A stretch of 62,773 nucleotides of DNA, the filler included, from Sanchytrium tribonematis (lineage: Eukaryota), in the NCBI GenBank assembly GCA_018985235.1. It is 18 parts of 18 records of this genome, joined end to end, with 100 filler letters (N's around TTAATTAATTAA, not from the genome) between each part and the next. Parts side by side here need not be neighbours in the genome. Positions count along the whole stretch, not along the records: positions 1 to 2,493 come from JADGIG010001038.1; positions 2,594 to 5,083 come from JADGIG010001039.1; positions 5,184 to 7,672 come from JADGIG010001040.1; positions 7,773 to 10,258 come from JADGIG010001041.1; positions 10,359 to 12,838 come from JADGIG010001042.1; 13 more parts are not named here. One strand, given 5' to 3'. The position numbers and the translations under genes were made by a program. This document shows, in pieces, positions 1-10,748 of this stretch (position 1 is the stretch's first letter; the number at the start of each line of letters is the position of its first letter). The notes under the pieces were generated by a model, which had not been told where the DNA came from, searched no databases, and saw nothing but the letters and a program-made list of their open reading frames with translations.

Positions 1-2
1 CC

Positions 3-851
3 TGCTTTAGTTTTGGAAGTCATCGCAATGCAGCTTGTTCTATTTTTGAATCATTTTTTAAATTATTAAGGATACCAGGTTATATGTTTGGTCGACTTAA
101 ATCTGATATCTCACTTTCAAATTTAAAGGACATAGGTAAAGTTAGTATTCATCACAGTGAATCAGCTAACTTTAATTTTGTGGAAAAAAATTTTGTATAC
201 AAAACAATGGATTTCGAAGAGTTCCGGACATTACTAAGTAATAAGAAAAATGTTTATTTAAGGTCGCTAAATCCAAAACAACCACTTAAGAAACCTTCGG
301 ATATTCGGCAGCGTATAAATTATGAAACTCCTGATTATGTAGACGAAGATTCAATTTATTCTGTGGTTCTTCGAATAAGTTCTGAAGGAATTCATTTATG
401 GGGCCACTACGATTTGATGGACAATATTTTGATTCAATACGAGGGATCGAAGACCATTTTTCTTTTCCCACCTTATGAATATGCAAATTTAAAGATGGTC
501 AGGTCTTGCTCTTCTATTGTTCCTTGGAATGAATCCACCTTTAAAGGTCTTGAGTATTACAAATTTATATTGTCAAAAGGAGATCAGCTATATATCCCCA
601 GCGGTTGGATTCATTTTGTGGAATCAAAAAACGTTAGTTTAGGTGTAAATATCTTTTATAAGCATTTGTCAGAGGACTTATTATCGAAAGATGCTTTTTC
701 GGGCGGTGATCTGATAAATTTTGTTAAATCTGATAAATTATTAGATCAAGTAGTTGACTTGATGGACAAAAGTGGGGCAGATTCCAATCTAATGAAGATG
801 TACAAGCAAAGATTAATTGAAAAAATCGAAAAAATTAGTGAAACCATCTAA
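3..851 (+). CDS. tRNA wybutosine-synthesis protein, C-terminal part (end of TYW4/PPM2-type kelch region fused to a TYW5-like JmjC domain), 5' partial
   Basis: Frame is open from base 3 with CFSFGS (TYW4 kelch-end motif); JmjC HLWGHYDLMDNILIQYEGSK...YIPSGWIHFV. Confidence 0.75.
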   Translation, partial: CFSFGSHRNAACSIFESFFKLLRIPGYMFGRLKSDISLSNLKDIGKVSIHHSESANFNFVEKNFVYKTMDFEEFRTLLSNKKNVYLRSLNPKQPLKKPSDIRQRINYETPDYVDEDSIYSVVLRISSEGIHLWGHYDLMDNILIQYEGSKTIFLFPPYEYANLKMVRSCSSIVPWNESTFKGLEYYKFILSKGDQLYIPSGWIHFVESKNVSLGVNIFYKHLSEDLLSKDAFSGGDLINFVKSDKLLDQVVDLMDKSGADSNLMKMYKQRLIEKIEKISETI

Positions 852-1193
852 ATGGACATTAATCAACTTTTAAATTCTGACAAGAGAATTGAAATTAATA
901 CTAATTTGAATACGTTCGCGTGCGAGTATTGCAGAAGAACATTTAAATCTAGACCAGTACTCCGACGCCACCTTAAATCAGTTCATACACAACCAATTCC
1001 TTGTTATTTTTGTAGCAAGTCCTTAAAAATCAGCGGAAGATTGGATTTATTACGATCACATTTAGAGCATTGCCTGGAGTTCAAAAGATATTTAGTAACA
1101 AATGACATGGGTGATGTTGTCCAACAAGCTCAAATATTTGCAAAAAAGTTAAGTAAGGACCACTTTTCACTGGAGAGTGAGATTGAAAATTAG
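852..1193 (+). CDS. Small C2H2 zinc-finger protein
   Basis: CEYCRRTFKSRPVLRRHLKSVH plus a second CxxC..H..HC finger. Confidence 0.8.
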   Translation: MDINQLLNSDKRIEINTNLNTFACEYCRRTFKSRPVLRRHLKSVHTQPIPCYFCSKSLKISGRLDLLRSHLEHCLEFKRYLVTNDMGDVVQQAQIFAKKLSKDHFSLESEIEN

Positions 1194-2143
1194 CCATTTG
1201 TTAGTCTTCTTGTTTTTTTATCACTTTCTGATTTTACAGCATGCTCAACTGGCTCGAAAGTAACACTTTTTGCTACAAGTGGTGCCTTAATACCTTCCAT
1301 TGATTTCATTTCACTTGAAACTATCGTACCGCTGACAGCAGGTGGTGTGATTGCTGGTACTGGTGCAGCTACAACCATTGGTTTGTTATCAACGACAGCT
1401 TTGCTCGCATGAACCTTATACAGCCCACTCATCTCTTGTAGGCAATTGTAGGCTTTATATTTTACTATCAAGTAGTAAGAAAAAAGACACAGGATGGTAT
1501 ATTGAATGATTGATGCAACATACTCAAGTTCGGAACCAAAGTAAAAAAGTAGCAGTTGCGCTAAAATCAATAAAATGATTATGAGTTTTAGAACTATAGT
1601 AGATAAGTTTGCCATGATGTACGTATGACCTTGTTTCTTGATAGCCATGTGATTGATAAATCTCACATCAATTATCCAGCTTAAAAAAAGTAGCGCAGCA
1701 TAATAACAATACAGCCAAATATCTACATCACCAAAAGAATAGCTAGTGAGTTTTAAAATTTCTACTAATCCTGAAATGAATACAACGATTATCAGCTGAA
1801 ATAGTAAAAATATTTTGACTAATTTGTCCACGTACACAATATTTTTTGTGTAGAGCAAGGTAAGTAAGAAATCCAAACCTATAATAAAATAAGCTATTAA
1901 TGTCATTAAGCTGGATAGTGTATGAATCCATTCATTTTGAACATAGATTTGTAAAATATCTGAACCAATCAGAAGACACGTCAATACAAACCCATATATG
2001 TTTAATATTGAGAATAATACTCGCTTCTTGTTAGACTTGTTTTTTTTGTGCTCCTTAAGAAAAATGATAATGCTATAAAGTTGAAAAGATAGAGTCAAGC
2101 ACGAAAGAACTAATTTTAAACTGTAGCTATAATAAATCAACAT
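1190..2143 (-). CDS. Multi-pass (about 7 TM) membrane protein with a C-terminal tail, function unknown
   Basis: About 7 hydrophobic segments in a long ORF; no family motif recognised. Confidence 0.6.
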   Translation of the reverse strand: MLIYYSYSLKLVLSCLTLSFQLYSIIIFLKEHKKNKSNKKRVLFSILNIYGFVLTCLLIGSDILQIYVQNEWIHTLSSLMTLIAYFIIGLDFLLTLLYTKNIVYVDKLVKIFLLFQLIIVVFISGLVEILKLTSYSFGDVDIWLYCYYAALLFLSWIIDVRFINHMAIKKQGHTYIMANLSTIVLKLIIILLILAQLLLFYFGSELEYVASIIQYTILCLFSYYLIVKYKAYNCLQEMSGLYKVHASKAVVDNKPMVVAAPVPAITPPAVSGTIVSSEMKSMEGIKAPLVAKSVTFEPVEHAVKSESDKKTRRLTNG

Positions 2144-2250
2144 CGTGAGCAAGCCACACAGAGTCTTTGTTATTTTATTTCCTAATATCGTTCATACCCC
2201 TTATTTTGCACCTTTAACAATTATCCTAGTCGGAATTTTGTTTCGCCTAA

Positions 2251-2265
2251 ATTCACGTGTTTTTT
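2251..2265 (+). promoter_or_regulatory. E-box element TTCACGTGTTTTT upstream of RPL6
   Basis: The same 13-mer lies at similar spacing upstream of RPS11. Confidence 0.5.
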
Positions 2266-2294
2266 AAGTTGCGAAAGATTTGAATTTACAAATT

Positions 2295-2493
2295 ATGGCT
2301 TTCAAATCGAAGCAATCAAGAATTCTTGCTGTGGGTGTACCACTACGCTCCAGATCGATGAGAATCCGAAAGAAAGGTCTTTACAAAAGAAAACCAGTTG
2401 GTAAGACACCTGCCAAAAAAGCAGAGGAAATGACCAAAACTAAAACTTTTGGCAAAGGAAAGCGTGAAGTAGCATTATTCTCTGTTCCAACTT
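2295..2493 (+). CDS. RPL6: 60S ribosomal protein eL6 N-terminus (3' truncated by contig end)
   Basis: Basic N-terminus SRILAVGVPLRSRSMRIRKKGLYKRK...TKTFGKGKREV resembles the eL6 N-domain. Confidence 0.65.
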
Positions 2494-2593
2494 NNNNNNN
2501 NNNNNNNNNNNNNNNNNNNNNNNNNNNNNNNNNNNNNTTAATTAATTAANNNNNNNNNNNNNNNNNNNNNNNNNNNNNNNNNNNNNNNNNNNN
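2494..2593. other. Artificial contig linker N44-TTAATTAATTAA-N44. Also at 5084, 7673, 10259, 12839, 15418, 17995, 20570, 23142, 25701, 45095, 47644, 50191, 52723, 55248, 57766 and 60270 (100 nt each)
   Basis: 17 identical 100-nt spacers with a six-frame stop cassette; ORFs are cut at them. Confidence 0.98.
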
Positions 2594-3172
2594 GTAAGAG
2601 ATTATTTGAGAATTGTCGATACTTTAAGTAATAGCAAAGTCTAAGTAAATTTATTAAGTTAAATGGTCTGTTTGGTTTTTGATTTATCGAATTCTTCGAT
2701 TCCAAAATTTGATTCTAAAATCCACGTTTCGAAAATCAAAAGACAGATGGAGGTCACGCAGCACGTGAAAGAGACGTCAGAGCCATTACATTTTTAGATG
2801 GAATTCGGATTCAAAGTTGATATCAGTAGAAATTATTAAAGATAAATGTTCTTGGATATTTATAGAGACCTTACCGAGTAGACAAACGAGAAATGATTTA
2901 TCGATTCATGCTTAAATTTAATTTGAATTAAAAGGGTTCCTTAGATAGTCGGAACATTTTGTTATTTATTTCGTGTATCTGTGACTCGCAGTGACTCTAT
3001 TTACTTCACCCGGTTTCAAAAATGATTTTCGATGGCGTCATTTTAAAATCCCTTTGTGATTCGTCAACGTGTGTCCATGATTGGCCATGATTTGATGAAA
3101 TTCCTTCTCGTCAAATCACATCCACACGTTTACATTCAAATACTTTCACCAGCAAGCATTGTTTTCCCACAG

Positions 3173-4129
3173 ATGCAACCAGAAATCAAGGGTTTCATCC
3201 TTGTGACGATTAGTGCGCTATGCTTCTCTGCCATGTCCTTCTTTGCCAAATCATGCAGTTTAGGTCCCTCCCAAGTCGTATTTGCCAGATCTGTCTTCCA
3301 AGCACTCTTTTGTGCCATTCTTTGCAAATGGAATAATTTGAAAGTATTTGGAGATTCGAATATCAAGCATTTACTCATATTACGTGGATTATTTGGTGGA
3401 TTGGGTGTTGGAATGTACTTTTATGGTATGAAATATGGTAATATGGGAGACGCAACAGCTGTTTACTTTACAGCACCCGCCATCACGACCATATTAAGTG
3501 GCATCTTTCTCGGTCAAACATTGGGATTAGCCCACTTTTTATCCATCACATTATGCACTATTGGTACCATATTAGTGGCTAGACCACCCTTTTTTGGATT
3601 CCCAGATGAAAAGAAAGATGAAAACATGTTTGCAATCATTATTTGCATGATTGGTGCCATAGTATCCGCATTTGCGTATTTACTCGTCCCAATCATTGGA
3701 AATAGAGCCCATCACATGCAACTCGCATTCTATTTCGGATTCATGAGCTCATTTGTCGTTTTAATCCCCATGTTTGTAAATGGATTTGAAATCCCAAATC
3801 TAACAGATTGCGCGTATTTAACGGGTGTCGTGTTCTTTGCAGTCACAGGCCAATCCACGTTGAATGAAGGATTACAATTAGCCAGTAGCAGTGCCAGTTT
3901 AATGAGAAATTTAGATGTCGTTTTTGCATTTTTATATTCTCATTTTATTTTTGATGAAGGGATTCATTTATATTCTATTATTGGGGCTATTGTGATTATA
4001 TGTGGTACTGGTATCATATTTTATGAGAAATGGCGAGTATCTAGGAAGCAAGATGATTTTGAAGAAGAAATTGAGCCATTATTGGAAAATGAAGAAAATA
4101 ATGCTGAAATTGGCAATTTGATGAAATAA
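3173..4129 (+). CDS. EamA/DMT family transporter (SLC35G-like)
   Basis: About 10 TM; QVVFARS, LILRGLFG, GDATAVYFTAP, MRNLDVVFA motifs. Confidence 0.85.
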   Translation: MQPEIKGFILVTISALCFSAMSFFAKSCSLGPSQVVFARSVFQALFCAILCKWNNLKVFGDSNIKHLLILRGLFGGLGVGMYFYGMKYGNMGDATAVYFTAPAITTILSGIFLGQTLGLAHFLSITLCTIGTILVARPPFFGFPDEKKDENMFAIIICMIGAIVSAFAYLLVPIIGNRAHHMQLAFYFGFMSSFVVLIPMFVNGFEIPNLTDCAYLTGVVFFAVTGQSTLNEGLQLASSSASLMRNLDVVFAFLYSHFIFDEGIHLYSIIGAIVIICGTGIIFYEKWRVSRKQDDFEEEIEPLLENEENNAEIGNLMK

Positions 4130-4135
4130 ATTTAT

Positions 4136-4345
4136 TCAACACACATTTTCAACTCTACAAGTATCTGAGGGTGCTGATGCTGGATTACATAATCCTTTTG
4201 GACTATATTTCACTTGACAACCTGGTTGATATTCAGCTGTATGTCCACAATATCCATATTTACTGCAAATATCTTTACCAGTGCATTTTCCAAATACCTT
4301 GCCACATCTTTTTGCAAAAATAGATAATAATAAAAGAAGCATCAT
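4136..4345 (-). CDS. Small secreted hevein/CBM18-like Cys-rich peptide
   Basis: Hydrophobic leader, then CG..C....ICSKYGYCG....Y..GCQ..Y....C. Confidence 0.7.
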   Translation of the reverse strand: MMLLLLLSIFAKRCGKVFGKCTGKDICSKYGYCGHTAEYQPGCQVKYSPKGLCNPASAPSDTCRVENVC

Positions 4346-4587
4346 TGTGGTTTGAGAAATGCTGGCATTAAATAGATTTGGAATGACTTGGGACTGCCAG
4401 TTTATTGGGTTGCTAATCATGTCAGTTGAATTGGGTATGGACTTTGTGAATTTTGATTGGCGCATATGTGATTTATTTGGGTTAAATGGACTTTGTAATA
4501 ATCACGCTGGTTAAATTATTTAGCAGTGCTAATGAGATCAAATGAAAAGTAATTCTGTATTAATATTTAATTGTTTCCTTCAAGAAG

Positions 4588-5083
4588 TCATTTAGTGATT
4601 TTTTCCCGAATAGCTTTAACATTTAATTGAGCTTGAATTAATTTTTGCTCTAAATCGTCTGATTCTCGTTTGGCTTCAGCTAATTTTGATTTAAGATCAG
4701 GCAACTCATTTTGAGCTTTTGTCAACTCATCTTGAAAATAAGATTTATCTTTTCCATTCTCATTTAATTCTTTCAAATTCGCTTTTAAACGATTTACATC
4801 TTCATTTGCTCTATCAAAATCTACCTCGGCATTTTTTACATTAGTAATTGAATCAAAATGCTTTTTTTCCAACTCACTGGCAATGGTGTATGCTTCCTCC
4901 AACAATTTCTTTTTTACTTTTTCTGCCGCTTCATGCGTCGCCTGTATTGCTTTATTTTCCAATTCCATTTGAGCCAATGATTTGCCATTTTTTACATAAG
5001 ATACCCAATTAGCCACTGCATGTGAGCGATAAATACCAAATCCAGCTGTTGCTGCAGCCACTCCCAATCCCAACATACATTTT
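4588..5083 (-). CDS. Coiled-coil protein with a hydrophobic segment, probably 5' partial
   Basis: Heptad-rich E/K/L sequence; ORF runs to the contig edge. Confidence 0.5.
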
Positions 5084-5319
5084 NNNNNNNNNNNNNNNNN
5101 NNNNNNNNNNNNNNNNNNNNNNNNNNNTTAATTAATTAANNNNNNNNNNNNNNNNNNNNNNNNNNNNNNNNNNNNNNNNNNNNATGGTGACTGTGTTTGA
5201 ATCTCTAGATCTGCTTCTTCTTTTGCGCATTTTTTGTCACTTCTCCGTGATGTTAAGAAGAGATTTTAGATTTTCAATTTAGTTTACAAGATAATAAAGC
5301 GGGAAATGGTTTTAAGAGT

Positions 5320-5757
5320 TTATTGTTCTGTTGCATAGTTTCCCAATTCAAAGGTATTTACCGTCTTCATGATTTGACATGTCTCTTCTAATAAATGACT
5401 CCATTGATTCATTACGTTTCTAGATTTTGAAAGATCCATGTTAGAGTTGAGATTACTGAGCAACTTTAACTTGGTAGACTTGTATTTACGCAATAATATC
5501 TGTCGCTCTTTCATTCGTCTGTTATGGAACCAGATACGCACATGTTCTCGCTCCATTTGTCTTTCACGCGATAATTGAGTTATTAATGGAGATGGGACAA
5601 GTCCATTATGTTCATGGAAGAGGTTCTCTAGCTCTGAGTCGCTATCCTTGAGTACTTTACGCTCTTTCTTAAAGGTTGACGTTTTGTAGATTGATTCGTG
5701 AAGAGACAAGTACGTTGAGCCTGGTTGAGGTCTATTTAGTAATTTTGAGAGATCCAT
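5320..5757 (-). CDS. Homeodomain transcription factor
   Basis: Helix 3 HVRIWFHNRRMKERQ; LENLF in helix 1. Confidence 0.85.
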   Translation of the reverse strand: MDLSKLLNRPQPGSTYLSLHESIYKTSTFKKERKVLKDSDSELENLFHEHNGLVPSPLITQLSRERQMEREHVRIWFHNRRMKERQILLRKYKSTKLKLLSNLNSNMDLSKSRNVMNQWSHLLEETCQIMKTVNTFELGNYATEQ

Positions 5758-6694
5758 TCGAGTCTCGGGTTATGTTTCACGGTCGGGAAGCCGATGATTG
5801 TTTTTTATTTTAAATCCCGACTTTGATTTCTTTTTGGCCAATCAGAAGGGCTTATTTGGTCGCGGAGAAGCACGGAGTCCGATTTAAAAAATATCACATC
5901 ATCGAATTACAACCTACTTTTTTATTTAATTATTATTAGGTGGTAGATTCAATGAAGCAACTTTGAATTTTCTAGACGTAAAACGAAACTGTTTCATCGC
6001 GATCACGTGAGGAGAAGATCTAAAATGGGCAGTGGGACAGAAAACACATCACATGTCCAGGGAATATTTTTATTTCTTAAAGGAATCCATCCTTTTTAAA
6101 TCGTTATTGATGTTCTTCAATGTTGTTTCATTGTTCTCCAGCATCAATTCCATTTCTCTCTCCATTTCATCATCGTCACAATTATCTGGTAAAGTAGCTA
6201 ATAAGAAATGTACGGGGTATTTGTGCTTAATGAGCTTCACGACATTTGTAATCATAATCTCGCGCTGCAAGTTATTAGAAATTACAGGTTTTTGACATGT
6301 TGCAAATAATAGTCGGTTGATCCCCTTCATTAATCCGCACAGGAGGGCGCACGGTGACTAAATACACGCTGGTTAGATGCAAAGTCTGTGTTCATTAATT
6401 TCTCCAATTTAAACTTGAATTTTGATTGGGCCAAGTTATTAGAGTAATTTACCAAAAAAAGATTTCTATCGTTATGGCATCGGAATGCGCTCGGTAATTA
6501 ATTTAATGGTATCCTGTTGGTTCAACCAAAATGATTTTTATTAGGTGGCATCATTTCCAAATGACCCAAAAATCACGCTGTGACGTGCCAAAGAAATACC
6601 CAACACGTGCTGCGTCATTATTGACGTGGATCATCTCAAATGATGAACCCGTCTATGAATATTCTTAATAAATAGCAACTTCATCCCATTACTT

Positions 6695-7510
6695 ATGTTT
6701 ATTTCTTTGGTTTCTGCATTGGTTTTAAAACGTGATAATTCTGAGAGTGGATCTGGTGATGCCACATTTTATGAACTAAGTGGGTTAACAGCATGTGGCA
6801 CGACTGAATCTGATAATGACTACGTGGTTGCAGTACCAGCTGCCCAATTTGGATACACAGCAAATAGCAATTTGAATCCAAGTTGCCAAAGATGTATCAA
6901 AGTCAAAGGACCAGCTGGAGAACAAGTTGCAAAAATAAGAGATAGATGTGGCGGGTGTCAATCTGGGGATGTAGACATGTCGCCGGCATTGTTTAAAGCT
7001 GTTGTAGGTGACTTTGGAATAGGTCGAGCTAAGATTACATGGGTTTCTGCCAATTGCGATGGATCCAGCACATCAACGAGTGGTACCCAAGATGCACCAC
7101 CCGTAGAAACACAGCAAGTTGTCCAGAATCCACCCCAAGAGTCTCCAGTGGCTGCAGCTCAAGTTCAAGCCACTGAGCCACCAAAACAGCAGCACCCATC
7201 ATCTGAACCAAACCAAGCACCTATTGAACCATCTATAACACCCGTAAATCAAACAGAAAACAAACCAATCAGTTCTGAAGCACCTAAAATCGAAGCATCA
7301 AAATCTGTCTCAAATTCTCCTCCAAAATCACAAGCTACAAATCCATTACCATCTGAGTCAATAATACCGACAGTCCAACCATCCGTGACGCAAACCCCTC
7401 TTGAACTTGTTAATGAGTCTCCTTCAAAGCCATCTGAAACCATTTCTTCAGAAACAGAAGCAACAACAAGTGCCGCACTTGATTTTGACAGTGAATTAGA
7501 CATGTACTAA
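6695..7510 (+). CDS. Secreted expansin-like/RlpA double-psi beta-barrel protein with a Pro/Ser/Thr-rich tail
   Basis: GDATFY..GLTACG, VVAV, RDRCGGC, DVDMSPALF; short leader with an LKR site. Confidence 0.85.
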   Translation: MFISLVSALVLKRDNSESGSGDATFYELSGLTACGTTESDNDYVVAVPAAQFGYTANSNLNPSCQRCIKVKGPAGEQVAKIRDRCGGCQSGDVDMSPALFKAVVGDFGIGRAKITWVSANCDGSSTSTSGTQDAPPVETQQVVQNPPQESPVAAAQVQATEPPKQQHPSSEPNQAPIEPSITPVNQTENKPISSEAPKIEASKSVSNSPPKSQATNPLPSESIIPTVQPSVTQTPLELVNESPSKPSETISSETEATTSAALDFDSELDMY

Positions 7511-7959
7511 TAAACTCATTCAGTATACAATTCATTTATTCATGATTTCCAATAACACATCAGATTTCTCTACTTTTTCCCATTTCTTAACTTTCAAATA
7601 CCAAATTTGATTAAAATACACTGTAAATAACGCACATTCTAAATACAACAACTCATTGGATGGTAAATCATCNNNNNNNNNNNNNNNNNNNNNNNNNNNN
7701 NNNNNNNNNNNNNNNNTTAATTAATTAANNNNNNNNNNNNNNNNNNNNNNNNNNNNNNNNNNNNNNNNNNNNAAATGTACATATGAGCCATTAGAGTAAT
7801 ATTAATAAATAAATGTAGATATAGGTGAATTGATGTCAATGTGGACATTGTAAAATACCCATAATTCCAGGAGGCGCGTACAAAGAATTGATTGGCTTGT
7901 AAATATTACAAATGACCCCAGGTTGACTATTTAACAGACAGTACCTTTTGAGCGCAGTG

Positions 7960-8640
7960 ATGTATTCATTCGCAATGTTGGCTATGGCAAGTGTATTGAC
8001 ACCAGACGAACAATCCAAATGTCTCCAATCAACGAAAATCAGACAACCTTACTATAGATTCCAAACATATGTATGCAATGCAAATGCTTTCAGTTTCGAT
8101 TTTCGTGGATTACAGGCGAAGTATGGCCTATTAGAAAGTAAAGTTGATGAAATTAGAGGCAAACTTGAAAGTGAAGACAATTTAGATTTGTATGAGATGG
8201 CAGAGAACTTGTATAAAAATCATTTTAATTTGAATGTTGTGTGTGTTGATAAGCTTTATAGAGACTCAACTGAAAAAGCCGCGAATCGTTTTCATTTGGA
8301 TAAATTACAAAAATATTCGCGCTCAAATTTTAATACTTTAAGAGCTGGCCTGATTGAAGAAAATTTGTTTAATGTTTGGATCAATTTGGGTAAAACTATG
8401 AAAAATTACCCATTGGGATTTGTATTTGATACTGCAAGTGATAGCTTTGATAAGGAAACGGGCACAGCTTATCTCAAACTTGGTGAATATGATGTATATT
8501 ATTACAAAGATATGACTCCAGGTACTGTCTTATTCTTTAGATCGTCTGAGATTGTACACGGAGCTGTCAAAATTAGCAATGAACCAGTCGATAGAAAGAC
8601 TTTGGAATTTAGATGCATGGAGACTCTAGCAGAAACATAA
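7960..8640 (+). CDS. AsaB/CmcJ-like putative 2OG-dependent oxidoreductase with a hydrophobic leader
   Basis: Motif order HLD...NVWIN...YPL...YYYKDMTPGTVLFF..S...HGA...RKTLEFR. Confidence 0.55.
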   Translation: MYSFAMLAMASVLTPDEQSKCLQSTKIRQPYYRFQTYVCNANAFSFDFRGLQAKYGLLESKVDEIRGKLESEDNLDLYEMAENLYKNHFNLNVVCVDKLYRDSTEKAANRFHLDKLQKYSRSNFNTLRAGLIEENLFNVWINLGKTMKNYPLGFVFDTASDSFDKETGTAYLKLGEYDVYYYKDMTPGTVLFFRSSEIVHGAVKISNEPVDRKTLEFRCMETLAET

Positions 8641-8766
8641 CTTGATTGGACAATCAATAATGGCTCAAAATGGCTTTCAATAACCCATGTTCATTCGCCA
8701 TAACATTAATCAAATCATCTTTCAACGTTCTCCCATTTAAATGGACCATTGCCCTTTAACAATAAA

Positions 8767-9103
8767 ATGAAATCGCTATTAACCCGCAAAGAACAATTAC
8801 TAACCTGGTTCACCATCATGTTCCTGATAATCAATTCCAGCAATTCCTTTATCCAATTACCCTATTGATCCAAAATGGTTAACAAAAGCACACAAAATTC
8901 ACAAAATCACTTTTGTGGTATACTTTATTTTCTTATTATTAAGAAATATTGATATTCTTATTGCACTTCATACTTATCCGAATGTTATTTTCCATCAAAT
9001 ACTAGATTTTATGATAAGTTTGGGATATCTAGTGATATCTGCAAGAATGGATTATTTATTTGGTAAGCATATAGAAGATTTAAATGATCCAACTGATCAA
9101 TAA
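8767..9103 (+). pseudogene. Frameshifted copy of the small membrane protein at 9445-9825
   Basis: Alignable throughout; a 29-nt deletion shifts the frame and gives an early TGA. Confidence 0.7.
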
Positions 9104-9444
9104 CCGAATAAATCATTTTATTTATTGCGTCTTCTTTTACTTTATGGTAATCTAGATCATTTTGGCAAATCTTCATCTCGAGAATCTCCATTCATGATCA
9201 AGTTGATCCTAGCAATTAAGCAGCTGAAAGAACGACTTTAGAATTTAACAGATATAGTAAATGATTTAGTAAATATAATTTGTTTTGTTAAAAAGAAGTC
9301 AACATTTTGATTGGACAATCAATATTGGCTCAGAATGGCTCAAAATAACCCTATTTCATTCGTCATTTCAATCTACAAATCATTTCAATCAAATCATCTT
9401 AATGTTTTCCCATTTAAATGGACCATTGTCCCATTCAAAACACA

Positions 9445-9825
9445 ATGACAACGCTCTTCACCCGCAAAGAACAATTACTATCCTGGTTCACCATCATGTT
9501 CCTCACTCTCAACTCATTAAATTCAAGTATCCAAATCATCTATTTGTTCTTTTTTGTATCCATTTACAGAATAGATCCAAAATGGTTAACAAAAGCATAT
9601 AAATATCACAGAATCACCTATGTGATATTCTCCTTTATCATTTTATCAAATAGTATTAGTATCATGGCATTTTCCAATGATTCACATGCAATTAATAATC
9701 AAATTCTTGATTTTATCAAATATTTGGGATATTTAGTGATTTCTGCTAGAATGGATTATTTATTTGGTAAGCATATTGAACATGTCAATGATCCAACAGA
9801 TCGATTGATTTCATTAACAGAATAA
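9445..9825 (+). CDS. Small multi-pass membrane protein
   Basis: Intact ORF with 3-4 hydrophobic segments, conserved with the upstream copy (YLGYLVISARMDYLFGKHIE). Confidence 0.6.
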   Translation: MTTLFTRKEQLLSWFTIMFLTLNSLNSSIQIIYLFFFVSIYRIDPKWLTKAYKYHRITYVIFSFIILSNSISIMAFSNDSHAINNQILDFIKYLGYLVISARMDYLFGKHIEHVNDPTDRLISLTE

Positions 9826-9831
9826 ATCATT

Positions 9832-10258
9832 TTATTTATTGCGTCTTTTTCTTTTGGGTGATTCAAGTAATTTTGGAGTATCTTCAGAAAGTAATCTCAA
9901 TCTCTTCAATTTGTCACTCAAATATTGGCCTGCTCGTACATATTCTTGAGTCTCATCTATTTGTCCAATTAATGGTCTCAAATACAAATCAGGATGTGAA
10001 TGAAGAAACAAAGTCGATGAAACACGCCACAAGGGTCTGTTTAAATTTAATTGTCTATTTCTTGCATTTAATGTCTTTTCAGTCACTATTACTTCATGAT
10101 ATCCTGCTAATACTTGATCATTTGTCAACATTTGCAATTGTTTTCCTGCTTGCATCAATAAATCCCCATTTTCCAATACTACAGGCAGTTTTTGTAAGTC
10201 TCTTGTCCAAATAAACAATCCAGGGAATCTAGATTTACCATGTACAGTAATCAAATTC
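9832..10258 (-). CDS. 2OG-Fe(II) oxygenase (IPNS/clavaminate synthase-like fold), C-terminal part
   Basis: TVHGKSRFPGLFIW, QAGKQL, AGYHEV, WRVSSTLF. Confidence 0.75.
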
Positions 10259-10358
10259 NNNNNNNNNNNNNNNNNNNNNNNNNNNNNNNNNNNNNNNNNN
10301 NNTTAATTAATTAANNNNNNNNNNNNNNNNNNNNNNNNNNNNNNNNNNNNNNNNNNNN

Positions 10359-10580
10359 GGGTAAACTTGCTTGAAATACTCCTGTTAATCCCAAACTATT
10401 CCAAATAATCGAAGAAATCACACCAGATTTGCATTTCACACCAGTTACAATTCCGGTACAGCATTTGTTGTTGACTTGATTCATGATGGTTGGGTTTGCT
10501 GTTGTCATGTTTAATCCGGTTGCAAATTGTTTCAAAAGCTGGCAATCCGTTAATGCGGAAATTGGAGCGAGAAACAACAT
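10359..10580 (-). CDS. Secreted/surface LRR protein N-terminus (Cys N-cap), 3' truncated
   Basis: Leader, DC..L, CC...GVKC...I.W....LTG....LP, resembling an LRR N-terminal cap. Confidence 0.6.
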
Positions 10581-10748
10581 TCTGTGCTCGAGGGGAGTCT
10601 CTGGTTTTTAAATTGAATTCTAAAAGATTTATTGGGTGGAAATTAGAAGTTTCCAAAAATGGCTAGATCGAGCCAATCATGCCGCAAAGGTCCCTTTAAA
10701 ATTGTTTTTGTACAAATGGGTCGCACAATTCAAAGGTTTATATTTTGT

